Position numbers and translations under genes: made by a program
Assembly: GCA_946965045.2 (NCBI GenBank)
Contig: OX337237.1
Span: forward strand, 2,232,001 to 2,296,000
DNA length: 64,000 nucleotides
Source of the DNA: Epithemia pelagica
Lineage: Eukaryota; Protista; Bacillariophyta
Reading direction: 5' to 3'
In this document: positions 49,701-59,188 of the stretch, one piece after another
Layout: every line of letters begins with the position of its first letter
Numbering within the stretch: the first letter of the stretch is position 1
Notes under the pieces: generated by a model
What the model was told of the DNA's origin: nothing
Seen by the model: only the letters and a program-made list of their open reading frames with translations
Database searches by the model: none

Positions 49701-51341
49701 GGTTCCTATGTCGTTGAGGAACACTCGCATGTCAGCACTTATCTGTTCTTTTGACATATCACACACAATAGCATCTGGCGCCCCAATTTCCTTGGCAAAC
49801 ATCTTAACTGCCATGAGCACCTCGGATTTACGTTTCATTGGTACCACATGCATGAAACCTTTGTCAGTGACGAATAGCTGACAGCACGTGTTACCTCTCG
49901 AGGACTTGCCCCCTTTCTTGGTAGCAAAGAAGGTGTCCATATAAAAATATTCCTCGATACGGCGATATCGCAACATCCGATCGTTGGTCCCATAATTTTG
50001 AGACAAGGTTGGGTTGGTCGGTCGTTGACCATGCTGGGTCGTAATTTCGATCGTCCTTTTGGCATCATCATGGCTGATACGCCAGACCTTGGACAAGTGT
50101 TCAGCATCGATGCCACGCGACTTTCCAGCTTGCACCCCAGAAACAAAGAATTGATCCCAATCCATTTCGTCAATTTGTTCCAGGTCGATGTCCTCTTCCT
50201 CCTCACTATCTTTATGGATATCTGCATCGCTGTCGTCGTCGTCGACCGTCTCCACAAGATATTCGGAGGCCTCTGCCACCGTTGTCGCACCAATGGTCAT
50301 GGCCTCATGTCCATGCACCATCCTTTCCTCCATTCTGAGAGCCATGAGTGACTCCACAAGGACTGACGACACATTAGACAGATGGAGACTCACGTCATCA
50401 CATGGTTCAATCTTGGCATCTCCTCTCTTCTCTTCCATGTGGTATTGCCAATGGTGGTTTCGGGCACATCCCTTATCCACTATAAAGGCTTCCATTGATG
50501 ACACTCGATAAGCTTTATCATTTTCTCCGTCTGGTAGGTCCTCGATCATAACCCTTACTTGGTCTTTCTTTTCCTTGATATTTCCTTCCCAGTCCATGAT
50601 GCTAGCCTCGTTTTGCTCATATGCGTCTGAGTGAGGGTTCCATTGGTTCGGTGTTAGGACATATACATCATGTCCGGCCAGCAGATCGTCCTCAGTTGGC
50701 ATATTGGTTGAGAAATAAGAGAAGACTCCCCATAGATTTAGAGGGATCTTGAATCCAGTCGTTGGAAAGATTATTGCATGGTCGTCCGTCGTTGGGTCGT
50801 CCGTGTGGATCTTGGCTCGTTCGTTGACCTTGATCCCAGCTTCTCGCAACACGAACGGAGGGATGAGATTGTTGGCCATTGCCACCACCCGAATAGCATT
50901 CAGAATGACTAACAAGAAGGTCTTCCCACTGTAGGGACAATCGTAGCGTACAATTGCATCAACCAATTCCGCCTCCATAGACTTGTATTGCGGAGTGAAC
51001 GGACTGACGTCGACCTTTTTTCCAGAGTTGTTTATTACATACGCATGCCGTCCGACGACGGGCATGTTTGCATGGCTGTCCAGTTCGGTGCGGTGACCAC
51101 CAACATGATCTTCCATGTCGGTCATTTCTTCATCATTGCTTGCCGTTGCAGCCGCCACTGCAGCGAAATAACGATTAGGAATTTGAAATTTAGACTTGCA
51201 CATGCATTCGCATTTGCCTGGGTCCCCAAATTTAGACTTGCACATGCATTCGCATTTGCCTGGGTCCCACTGTTTGACATCCGGCTGCAATACCTCACCT
51301 CCTCTCAATGATGAGGAAATGATAGGTATGGCCGGACCCCG
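46764..51341 (-). CDS. pol: Copia pol polyprotein (protease, integrase, RT, RNase H), uninterrupted
   Basis: ELDSHAN (protease). YMDTFF, IVCDMSKEQ and NKAELYI (integrase). KARWVLDGH, DIRNAYL, RALYG and LYVDD (RT). DADHA, SSFGSE, GDNQSV and EADLLTK (RNase H). Same frame as gag after a single TGA. Confidence 0.95.
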   Translation of the reverse strand, partial: RGPAIPIISSSLRGGEVLQPDVKQWDPGKCECMCKSKFGDPGKCECMCKSKFQIPNRYFAAVAAATASNDEEMTDMEDHVGGHRTELDSHANMPVVGRHAYVINNSGKKVDVSPFTPQYKSMEAELVDAIVRYDCPYSGKTFLLVILNAIRVVAMANNLIPPFVLREAGIKVNERAKIHTDDPTTDDHAIIFPTTGFKIPLNLWGVFSYFSTNMPTEDDLLAGHDVYVLTPNQWNPHSDAYEQNEASIMDWEGNIKEKKDQVRVMIEDLPDGENDKAYRVSSMEAFIVDKGCARNHHWQYHMEEKRGDAKIEPCDDVSLHLSNVSSVLVESLMALRMEERMVHGHEAMTIGATTVAEASEYLVETVDDDDSDADIHKDSEEEEDIDLEQIDEMDWDQFFVSGVQAGKSRGIDAEHLSKVWRISHDDAKRTIEITTQHGQRPTNPTLSQNYGTNDRMLRYRRIEEYFYMDTFFATKKGGKSSRGNTCCQLFVTDKGFMHVVPMKRKSEVLMAVKMFAKEIGAPDAIVCDMSKEQISADMRVFLNDIGTTLRALEEGTPWANKAELYIKLTKEAVRKDMRETNSPLVFWDFCLERRVRIYNLTARDYITVRGTNPHTATLGVDGDISSIGQFAWYEWCYFREHTAKFPHNQEVLGRVLGPARGEGNAMAQWVLKANGNVVPRRSVRPLHTAELHSASERSKREAFTALIERRHGTSIQPPPSNDDDKFYDPYEDDEQPQFTTPDIEDTVNSTGKLLNQCPAYDRMINAEVQMQIGDDISKGVVKRRALGADGKTTGKYHDDPYSNSILYEVEFMDGQVREYAANVIAEGMLAEVDTDGNHLRLMEGIVDWRKDEALAVPKHDKYVYDRRGRRRMRKTTRGWWLLVKWKDESESWQRLADMKESYPVETAEFAVARGLDDEPAFLWWAKSTLRRRDAIISALKTRARQIRHKYGIEIPTSVEHAKELDKKNGNDFWMKALAKEMYNVGIAFEILDAGEKAPNGWHLVTGHLVWDVKMDFTRKARWVLDGHKTPDPEGSTFAGVVSRESVRIAFTYAALNGLDVFAADIRNAYLQAPSSRRDYIICGPEFGIENVGKVALVHRALYGGKTAGKDFRNHLRSCMSHLGFQSCPADPDVWMRPAEKSDGTPYYEYVLLYVDDALAIGERAEKILREEIGRYFELKEESVGPPSIYLGGKVRKVVLENGVEAWAFSSSQYVQAAVRNVEDHLVKGENKKWTLPSKADTPMKTSYRAELDVSPELTPSDASYYQSLIGVLRWIVELGRVDICLEVSVLSSHLALPREGHMQQVLQVFAYLKKFHNAELVYDPSDPIVNEADFEQKDWTASEFGHIDGKEELPPNMPEPRGMGFVVRAKVDADHASDTVSRRSRTGFLVYLNSALVYWWSKKQMSIESSSFGSEFIAMKQCCEYLRGLRYKLRMLGIPCDGPSLIYGDNQSVLANTTIPDSALKKKSQSIAYHFVREGVARDEWRTTYINTHDNEADLLTKVLPNGEKRRGFVRNLLHHIFGTE
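51186..51268 (-). repeat. 42-bp in-frame tandem duplication encoding (W/G)DPGKCECMCKSKF twice
   Basis: aaatttagacttgcacatgcattcgcatttgcctgggtccc starts at 51186 and at 51228. Confidence 0.95.
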
Positions 51342-52964
51342 TCAGGCTTGCTTCGCCTGTTTAAGGATCGCCTGGAGGGTGGTAGATTTCTTAGGTGGTT
51401 GTGGATTGGCGGTAGAGGGTGGCGGAGGGAGAGCCAACTGTGATTGCATGGTGGCTTGAACGATAGAGGCAATTTGAGCCTGCAAATCATTGGCCTGTTC
51501 CTCCTCCTCTGCCTTTTGAGCAAACTTCTTGAGCTCGTTTGCCACTACAGATGCCAATTGGCGTTTAGCCCACTTGGCTTTGCCATTCTTCCCACTATTG
51601 GGTTTTCCGTCGCCATTCTTCTTCTTCGGCTTTGACTCGCGCCAGAGTCGAAGTTCATCCTTTTGGGCATTGGTGAGTTTGTCGTACTCAGCAGGGGTGT
51701 GGTACCGAAGATGCACACCTGTTTTCCCAATGCTTGTTTTCTTTGGTTGTGTAGTGGTTGAGCCTACCTCGGCCGTCGTCGGTGCTTGTTCATCATCTGC
51801 CTCGACGGACGAAATCTGAGCTGCACTTCGTTTATTGTTACTCGCTGCGGCCCTCTTCTTGGCCACCGGATCATATGGTAGCAGATGGGCAGCGGCAGAT
51901 TCAAAATTGTTTCGCATGCCATTAGGGTCATTGTCCGTTCGGACACTTGCCATGGCTGCTTGGAGTCCGGCATCAGAACATTGGATGCCTTCCAATAGAT
52001 AGCCAACACGTGTGTGCTCGTTGGGCAGCTGGTAAGATACGTGTTCAGCACATTGCTGCATAGAAACATAAGCATTTCGATGCTGTGCGATGAAACCCTC
52101 GAGTGGAAAACTGCTTTGTCCTTTCCATACACGTTGGTGGAGGAGATCGTCTTGTCGTTTGATCTCTGCCTCCCACTTATCCTGACCAGCATACTGACTT
52201 GTAAGTGCCATCCAGGCACCTCGACCATCTTTTCCTCGCTGATAGGGCTTGATGGATGCCGCATACGTCGTCCCTCTAGTTGCTTCCTCGAGGTGGTAGT
52301 ATACTGCCGCATTATCTTCACGGTACAATTCATGGTCATGGGATGCACGCGCCACAAGTTCAACTTCAATTGAGCCATACTCCGTCGAATGGGGCTTATT
52401 GGCTGCTTGTGCTGGCGGTACAACTGGAACATCCACCTCTTGTCTGGTGACATAAGCTAGAGGGATTGTTCTCACTCCAATCACACGATTGAGATAATCT
52501 TGAAAGGCTTCGGTCCATTTCATGATTGGCAGCGCCTTGCTGATCTTGGGAGTCTCGGGTTCATCCCCTTCCTTCCGTGACTTCAATGCCTTCCACTGTG
52601 ACTCAAAATTCTTCATGACCTGGGTCCAACGCATGTTGTTTGCTGTCATGTCACGCCCAACAGTATTGTAGTACCTGACCAGTTCGCATGCCACAGATAG
52701 GCGATGCTGGGATTTGGCACCAAAAACAAAGGATGGTGTAGGGATTGTTGCTCCAGCGGCCGCACCAGGGGTTGGGTCTGGAATCCTTCCTCCCGGTTTC
52801 CTGAGATTGTCCGCTACTTGCTGGAGCGTATCCTTATCGAAGTCGGCTAGGTCGGAAAGTGTCGTGATTCCCTCAACTTGAAGTTGAGTTACAGTAGCCT
52901 GTGGGATGCCCATTTGGTCGGCATCGCGAAAGAAAGATGTCGTTTGGGCAGCAGTTAGTACCAT
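51342..52964 (-). CDS. gag: Copia gag
   Basis: ATG at 52964 (MVLTAAQTT...). Contains GVRTIPLAYV, DGRGAW and LRYHTPAEY motifs; no CCHC knuckle seen. Ends in TGA at 51344-51342. Confidence 0.88.
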   Translation of the reverse strand: MVLTAAQTTSFFRDADQMGIPQATVTQLQVEGITTLSDLADFDKDTLQQVADNLRKPGGRIPDPTPGAAAGATIPTPSFVFGAKSQHRLSVACELVRYYNTVGRDMTANNMRWTQVMKNFESQWKALKSRKEGDEPETPKISKALPIMKWTEAFQDYLNRVIGVRTIPLAYVTRQEVDVPVVPPAQAANKPHSTEYGSIEVELVARASHDHELYREDNAAVYYHLEEATRGTTYAASIKPYQRGKDGRGAWMALTSQYAGQDKWEAEIKRQDDLLHQRVWKGQSSFPLEGFIAQHRNAYVSMQQCAEHVSYQLPNEHTRVGYLLEGIQCSDAGLQAAMASVRTDNDPNGMRNNFESAAAHLLPYDPVAKKRAAASNNKRSAAQISSVEADDEQAPTTAEVGSTTTQPKKTSIGKTGVHLRYHTPAEYDKLTNAQKDELRLWRESKPKKKNGDGKPNSGKNGKAKWAKRQLASVVANELKKFAQKAEEEEQANDLQAQIASIVQATMQSQLALPPPPSTANPQPPKKSTTLQAILKQAKQA

Positions 52965-53011
52965 GGTGATGTAGTTCACTCGAAAAATCGGAACGAATGG
53001 GTCTGATAAAC

Positions 53012-53174
53012 TGCTAAAAGTTCGCTTATTAGAAAAATTATACACTCGTTATATGAAATCTACCCTGATCCACAGGTGGGAAATTTACACAGCTCCTACC
53101 AAAATCGGCCACATAGCCGGGGTAGTTTCGACACATTTGTCATGCATTGCCAAATATCGGCCACAATTTCAACA
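53012..53174 (-). repeat. 5' LTR of Copia
   Basis: Direct repeat of 46460-46622, followed on the - strand by GTTTATCAGACCCA (candidate PBS). Confidence 0.95.
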
Positions 53175-53179
53175 GACAA

Positions 53180-56100
53180 GACTCGTGGTCACAAAACTAT
53201 ACAAGAGAGTTCTGGAATAGAAGCTGATTGTCATCCAGGAACGGTAAAGACAAAACAAATCAATGTCACCTTGCTTCTGTCAACAAAGGAAGTGAACCAC
53301 TACCTCGTGAGATCGTTTCGATTGGTGCAGAGACAATCAATACAGAAGAGCAAAGATGAGACTCTTTCGTCCGCAGGGAAATCGAATACGGAGCCAGTTC
53401 GCATTCCTTCCTCCGATGGAATGGACCGGGCTGTATTGTCTATGGATATGTTTCGCTCTGTGGGGAACAAGAACGGTAACTGAGGCAGTCCAAGTGCTTC
53501 CTCGAGGTTGCGGTGGTTCCATTCACCATGTGCGCATTGCTGTGGGACCCGATCCTTCCACTTCCATGATTGTCAGTTTTGCCAGTATCTCCAGTCGTTT
53601 CGTAAAAGGTACCATTTTCCCCGTGGGAGGAGTCCGTCTGGGAATCTCTTCCGACGAATTGTCGACTGTGTATATGGAGGAGGACAAGGGCGGTCTTTCA
53701 GCCCGTTGCTACAACGTCACCACCTTGAAACGCGGATTGAGCAACGATGAAAGTAACCGTACTTCGACCGTGTATTGGTCTCCTTTTTACCACCATGTTC
53801 TCATTACCGGACTTGAGCCTTCAACTAAGTATTACTATCAGCCCGTCTTCCAAGCCAATCGAGAAGAATTTCAGAGAATCTACGGGTCAAGCCTTGCTTT
53901 GAACAGTCTCCGTAACACCGACGGCACAATTCAAGGAGAAACGAAACGACCGGTACCCTCGAAATACTCTCCTGCAAAGAATGGAACCATAGAAAAAGAG
54001 GGCTTCCGTGGTCGCACTCTTCGGCGTCAATTGCTTCGTTGGGGTCCGTACGATGGATCTGCAAGTGCATGTCCGTCAAAGGAGAAGATCCGTTCCTTTC
54101 AAACAGCCCCCTCTCCTTCTTCCTCGGTTTCAGCAACATTTGCAGTACTGGGTGATTTGGGCCAATTTCCTCATTCCCAACTAACCATGGAGGGCGTGCT
54201 GCATTGGAAAGAAGACATTGATGCCGCCATTTTGGCTGGTGATATTGCCTACACCGGAGAGGACCACCGACGATGGGATACATTTTTGGACTTTCTGGAC
54301 GATTACATGGCCTTTGAAGCTATACCAGTATGTTTTGTTCTTCTCATATTTTACCCGGCTGTGAACCATGTGCCGCTTCAACATGGTAAGTCTCACTCTT
54401 CCCGTTTTTCTCTTTCCAGCTCCAGATCTGTCCAGGAAATCATGATATTGACAAGTACGAAACGTCCGATCAAATTTTCTTGGCGTACGAGACACGATTT
54501 CGTATGCCTCATGTGAAGCCTCCGCAACTGGGCACTTATCAAGGTCCCGAGGGAAGACTCAACACGGCACAGCCTCCATACCCGCTGCCCTATGAGTACG
54601 GAAACTCATACTACTCCTGGAAATATGCTAGTGCTCACTTTATTATGGTTAATGCATACGCTTCCATGGATCCAGGATCCCAGCAACGGCATTTCATCGA
54701 AACTGAACTTCAACGTGTGAATCGCAACGTTACACCGTGGGTGATTGTCGTGATCCACACACCCCTTTATAACACTTTTGGTTTGCATCTGAACGATCCA
54801 CAAATTCTCGCGGCAAAGGAACATTTGGAACCACTGTTTGTCCAATATCGTGTCAATATTGTCTTTTCGGGTCATATTCATGCGTACTCTCGATCGCATG
54901 GCGTGACTTTCGACAAGCTTGATCCCAAGGGTCCAGTTCACATCACTGTTGGTGCCGGTGGTCGAAAATGTGAAGCCCCCTTCCGAAATCGTACTGCCGA
55001 AGAATGGGTGGCTGTGCGCGATGCCACCATGTACGGCTTTGGCATGTTGCGAATTCACAACTCTACCATTGCCGAATGGGATTGGATTCACACGTCGGCC
55101 ACGGACGATGATCGAAAGTACAATCAAGTCTCTGGGGCTCCGGAAGAGCATTTGGATCCGGGACGGCCAGATCATGTGTACATTGTCAACCAGTATTTTT
55201 GGCAACACGAGTGAATATTCCCGCATGCTGCACGCCCTTTTTTCAGAACAAGTGAACAAACTTTTCAACGGCCATGCAGGGCTCATTAATCAAACTGTTG
55301 TATTCTGATTTGTCAAATCGACCATTCTGTCGAAACGAAACCACAAGATAGTGGAATTATGCTCGAAGTAACGCTATTAAAGTCCCTCTTAGTACATTTA
55401 CGCGTATGCGACTGGTTTATGAAGACTTCCGGTCTTCCGACTTCCGATCGACAAACAGCGGTCGAAAATTCGACTCCACTTCAGGAAGTTTTTACAACTG
55501 GTATTTCCGTGGTCTGCACAACGGGAAATTCGGATGCAGTTGAGAGGTCATTGTGACTGCTTGACGTTTTCGGGACATTCAGGTGCTTCTTAGCCTGCTG
55601 GTAGCGTTGCTTGGCTTCTTCCATTGCTACCTTGGCTTGTTCCAACGATCCAGCGGTATTCTTCTCCTTCTCGTGTTCACGACTCTTCTTGCTACTGTGG
55701 TGGTGGCTGTGATGATGAGAATCACCGTCGTCGTGTTTCTTTTTGTGATGGCGGTGAGAGTGCTGTTCACCGTCTCGCTTATGGTGGCTGTCTTTATGAT
55801 GTGATCGTTTCTCAGTAGTACTTTTCGCTTCATGAAGTTCACCACTTCCATCATCGTCCAAACTTTCACTGACATCACGGCCGCCTTTTGACGTCTCATC
55901 CTTGGATATTTTGCTCGTTTTTGCAGCCCGCATACTTCGTTCGCTGTGTTGTCGATGTCCTCGGAGACTTCTCGTGCTCTGACTTCGATGATGTCTCATA
56001 AGTCTGAAACTGCTTTGACGAGGAAGACTAATGCCACCGTTCTGCGATGAGTTCTTGTCATGGCGGCTGGAACTAGCCTTGCTGTCATCGTCATCGTCTT

Positions 56101-56385
56101 TTCCGCCACCGAGGCTTTGGCTGCTATTCTGACGGGTCAAAAATGCACGTGTCTGTCGAAGATTAAGAGGTTTGCTGTTGTCTTCTTCACCGCCTCCTCC
56201 CCCACCGAGACTTTGACTGCTATTTTGACGTTTCAAAAACGCACGTGTATGTCGACGATTTGTATGGTTGTCGTTACTGTCTCCGCCGCTACCAAGGTTG
56301 TGACAACTATTTTGACGGTTTAACATTGTGACCCCGTCAACAAGGCGACCGCGTGCACGTCGTCGTGGATGCTGACTCTGTCTGG
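53180..56385 (+). repeat. Segmental direct repeat, copy 2
   Basis: See copy 1. It starts 5 bp from the Copia 5' LTR end and continues into the intact low-complexity gene. Confidence 0.95.
53356..55214 (+). CDS. Purple acid phosphatase, copy 2; intron 54328-54419
   Basis: Near-identical to copy 1 with all ligand blocks intact. Amino-acid differences seen: YS/YC, IS/IF, ME/TA, K/N, L/W. Confidence 0.92.
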
Positions 56386-57880
56386 AATGCTGGTGCTCCG
56401 AACCATTGTCGTCTACACCCATGCTGGCAGATTTAGGTACAAGCTTTTTGGGTTTCTTGATTGAGTCATCCGCACTACTTGACCCAAATGGCTCACTGCT
56501 TCTTCTCAACATTTTGTTCGTGTTCGATGTATGACTCATCACTTCAAAAGGCGATGAAGTTGATTGGCCCCCTCCTCCACTATTATCTTTCGTGCTTTCG
56601 TCTTGTGGCTCCTTTTCTGGATCCGCAAAATCACCAAAGTCCGTGCTGTTGTAGAAGGATTTCCCCATGGTACTGCTGCCGAATGCAAAGTCTGGAAAGT
56701 CCTCTGCAAAGTCACTTTGCTTCTCTTCCCTTTGAATCCAACTAGGCCGTTGCCCATAGACCTCACCAGCACCACCGCTTTGACGCTGTGAATGACTGGA
56801 ATAAGACACGGCCATTGTGAAGGGTGCGCTGTTGCGTCTCATGGTCGTTGAATGTGCCTTGTGATGTTTCGAAGATGATGAGGATACAGAGGTTTCCGCT
56901 GCTATTGACCCTTCGGCAATCGAGGAACCATCGTCATCTGCCGTAGACTTGCGGCTATTGAATCGTGCGCTCTCAGTCCTTCGAAATTGAACAGCCTTGT
57001 CATCGGGGAATTCTGGTTCCGGAAAATCGGATAGACTTTCAATATGCTTTCGACTCGACCGCTCAGGCCGTTCTGATTCCCCAGCTAACAAAAAGCCGCC
57101 GCTTTCATCCGCCGCCACTGCCGAAAGAAAGTTGCTTTCTTTGGCAGATAAGCGATGGCTTCCTCGATGCCTACTGCTTCGGCCACTCTTGGACGAAACT
57201 TGACTTCCACGAGTGGCTTTGGAGTCATCATCGTCGTCGTAGCGGTTGCTTCCCCTTCGACGACGACTGTGACTAGTGCCCTGGTGACGATCCGTGCCAT
57301 CGGCCGATCGTTCCTTGGTTTTGCCACTATTGCTCATAGCGGCAAAAGCATCGTCCAATCCACGATTGCTCCCTCGTCGCTTACTCGCAACCACTGGTTC
57401 TTCGGCACTACTGGAAGCACCAGTCTTTGAAGATGTTTCGGCTCCATCTTTTTTCTCCAGTTGACGACTGCTGCTACGACGATGGTAGTGATGCCGTTTT
57501 TCCGAACTCTTTTTACGTTCGGTTATGGCTGTCGCACTGTCACCCATGGTAAACGACGAATTCATGCTCAAGGAGGAACTTGTTCGAGCCCCTGTACTCG
57601 CTCGTCTTTGCTTTCTGCGTGAAACAGACTTTTCCACATGGGTGACATCCGAAGATGACTCTAGTGGAGTTTTATTCTTCTTTTTGTTGGATGATGAGGA
57701 TGATGATTCGAAAGGAGCTGACACATTCTCAAAAATGTCCGAGTCCTCCGAATGCCGAGTCGACCCTCGTCCTTTGGACTTTTTCTTGTCATCTGACTTT
57801 TTCTCATGGTGGACAGCGGTGTGCTTTCGACTGCTCCTCGAGTCCTCACCATGACGAGTTTCTACGGATGCGGCGGCCAT
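55481..57880 (-). CDS. Intrinsically disordered Ser/Arg/Lys/His-rich protein with short C-terminal coiled coil
   Basis: 799-aa intronless ORF with RQNSSQSLGGG repeats, many RRxS motifs, a His-rich tract and SLEQAKVAMEEAKQRYQQAKK. Confidence 0.75.
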   Translation of the reverse strand: MAAASVETRHGEDSRSSRKHTAVHHEKKSDDKKKSKGRGSTRHSEDSDIFENVSAPFESSSSSSNKKKNKTPLESSSDVTHVEKSVSRRKQRRASTGARTSSSLSMNSSFTMGDSATAITERKKSSEKRHHYHRRSSSRQLEKKDGAETSSKTGASSSAEEPVVASKRRGSNRGLDDAFAAMSNSGKTKERSADGTDRHQGTSHSRRRRGSNRYDDDDDSKATRGSQVSSKSGRSSRHRGSHRLSAKESNFLSAVAADESGGFLLAGESERPERSSRKHIESLSDFPEPEFPDDKAVQFRRTESARFNSRKSTADDDGSSIAEGSIAAETSVSSSSSKHHKAHSTTMRRNSAPFTMAVSYSSHSQRQSGGAGEVYGQRPSWIQREEKQSDFAEDFPDFAFGSSTMGKSFYNSTDFGDFADPEKEPQDESTKDNSGGGGQSTSSPFEVMSHTSNTNKMLRRSSEPFGSSSADDSIKKPKKLVPKSASMGVDDNGSEHQHSRQSQHPRRRARGRLVDGVTMLNRQNSCHNLGSGGDSNDNHTNRRHTRAFLKRQNSSQSLGGGGGGEEDNSKPLNLRQTRAFLTRQNSSQSLGGGKDDDDDSKASSSRHDKNSSQNGGISLPRQSSFRLMRHHRSQSTRSLRGHRQHSERSMRAAKTSKISKDETSKGGRDVSESLDDDGSGELHEAKSTTEKRSHHKDSHHKRDGEQHSHRHHKKKHDDGDSHHHSHHHSSKKSREHEKEKNTAGSLEQAKVAMEEAKQRYQQAKKHLNVPKTSSSHNDLSTASEFPVVQTTEIPVVKTS

Positions 57881-58585
57881 GAGTGTCTTTGTTTCGTAGT
57901 GGATCTCTGTATGGGAACAATTGGTGCACGATGCGTTATGGTGAGTCTCCGTCTCGTCCCTTCAGCAAGCGTGGCTCCGTCTCAGGTATCACTCGCTGCT
58001 GGAGGACAAACAACCTCTCTCTGTCGGAGGATCAAAGAATTTTCCGAGTTGTCGCTATATCGAACGGAGCAACACAAGAGAGAGGTGGGACAGTGCTGAT
58101 GCACCCAAGCAAAAACTGCTCCCCAATGGGCAGTATACGAGTAGGCGGGAGTGTGCAATGGGCAAGCAGTGGGTCTTAATTATTACTTACGTAAATGACT
58201 CTCGAAGTACAGAATCACAATAATAATTATATCCAGTCATTGAAAGGGAATAATGGAGTGTCAGTGGTGCCGGGTAGCGGACATTGGGATTCTGGATGGG
58301 AGAACGAAGGACAATCTTATCCTCCCGTACTTCGACTCCCGATTAACCACACCAAGTTTTTTAATCCGGTCGCTCTTCCCGACCAACATGCCACATGATC
58401 AAGAACAGCACTACGAATCTCATATTGCTCATAATACAATTATCATCTTGCTACGAGTCTACGTCTACGAGTACCAGAAGAGAGAGGTTGGTTATTGTTG
58501 ACGTTGTGCTCGGGAGATCTTTGATCGCGTCGCTCTTCTCCCTACCCGATTCCATAGTACTCATAATAATATTATTATATTCCAT

Positions 58586-58637
58586 CCGGCGTATCCGGTA
58601 TCCGGTCTGGAGTCTGGAGTCTGGAGTCTGGAATCTG
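58586..58637. repeat. 7-mer periodic tract (TATCCGG)x2 then (TCTGGAG)x4
   Basis: Read directly from the sequence upstream of the low-complexity gene. Confidence 0.8.
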
Positions 58638-59188
58638 ACGCTGGACCTTGTCATTTACGAGCACGAGAACGAGTTACCCCCTAGCAGGGGCGAGTGGCGG
58701 AATCCCGCCTGAGTCGGAAAAAAGAGGCATTCCTATTCTCACCACCACGGTACTCCATCCTCACTCTTCCAAAACATCGCACCACAAATCATTCCCACTG
58801 CGTTCATCAACCTGATAACACTATATTAAAGTACTTAACCAACACTGGGGGGGTGGTAAGGCCCCCCACCCATTCAATCCCGTTTAGGGAGGGATCCGGA
58901 ATCGCGCCGCCTCCAGATTCTGAACAATGCACGTCTGCTGTGGGCGAGCGTGTATCCAACCAGTGAGCCATTCTCCTTTTACTCGAAATCTCTTCGCAGT
59001 AGTACAGTAGTCAGTTGCTCTAGGGTGCCACCCCCCAGCGCCCAACTTGGAGAAACAGCCCTCCAATCTTCAACAGTCAAGCTGACAACAACAAGCGACC
59101 TGTACATGTACCACTAGGTAGTACAGTCGAGTCTTCACCCCGTGTGGTCGTTTCTTCCATATCTTATCATCCATCTCACTCTTCATTC

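Larger units (their letters stand above)
46460..53174 (-). mobile_element. Full-length Ty1/Copia LTR retrotransposon (diatom CoDi type), 6715 bp
   Basis: 163-bp LTRs at 46460-46622 and 53012-53174 with TG...CA ends and 5 mismatches. PPT GAGAGGAG abuts the 3' LTR; GACA lies on both flanks; domain order is gag-PR-IN-RT-RH. Confidence 0.96.

Noticed and set aside
58840-59040. CTGGGGGG(G)TGG / CCACCCCCCAG inverted match as the DIRS terminal repeat or ICR
   Set aside because: Only an 11-bp low-complexity core matches, and the other end of the element is outside the window, so termini cannot be defined.
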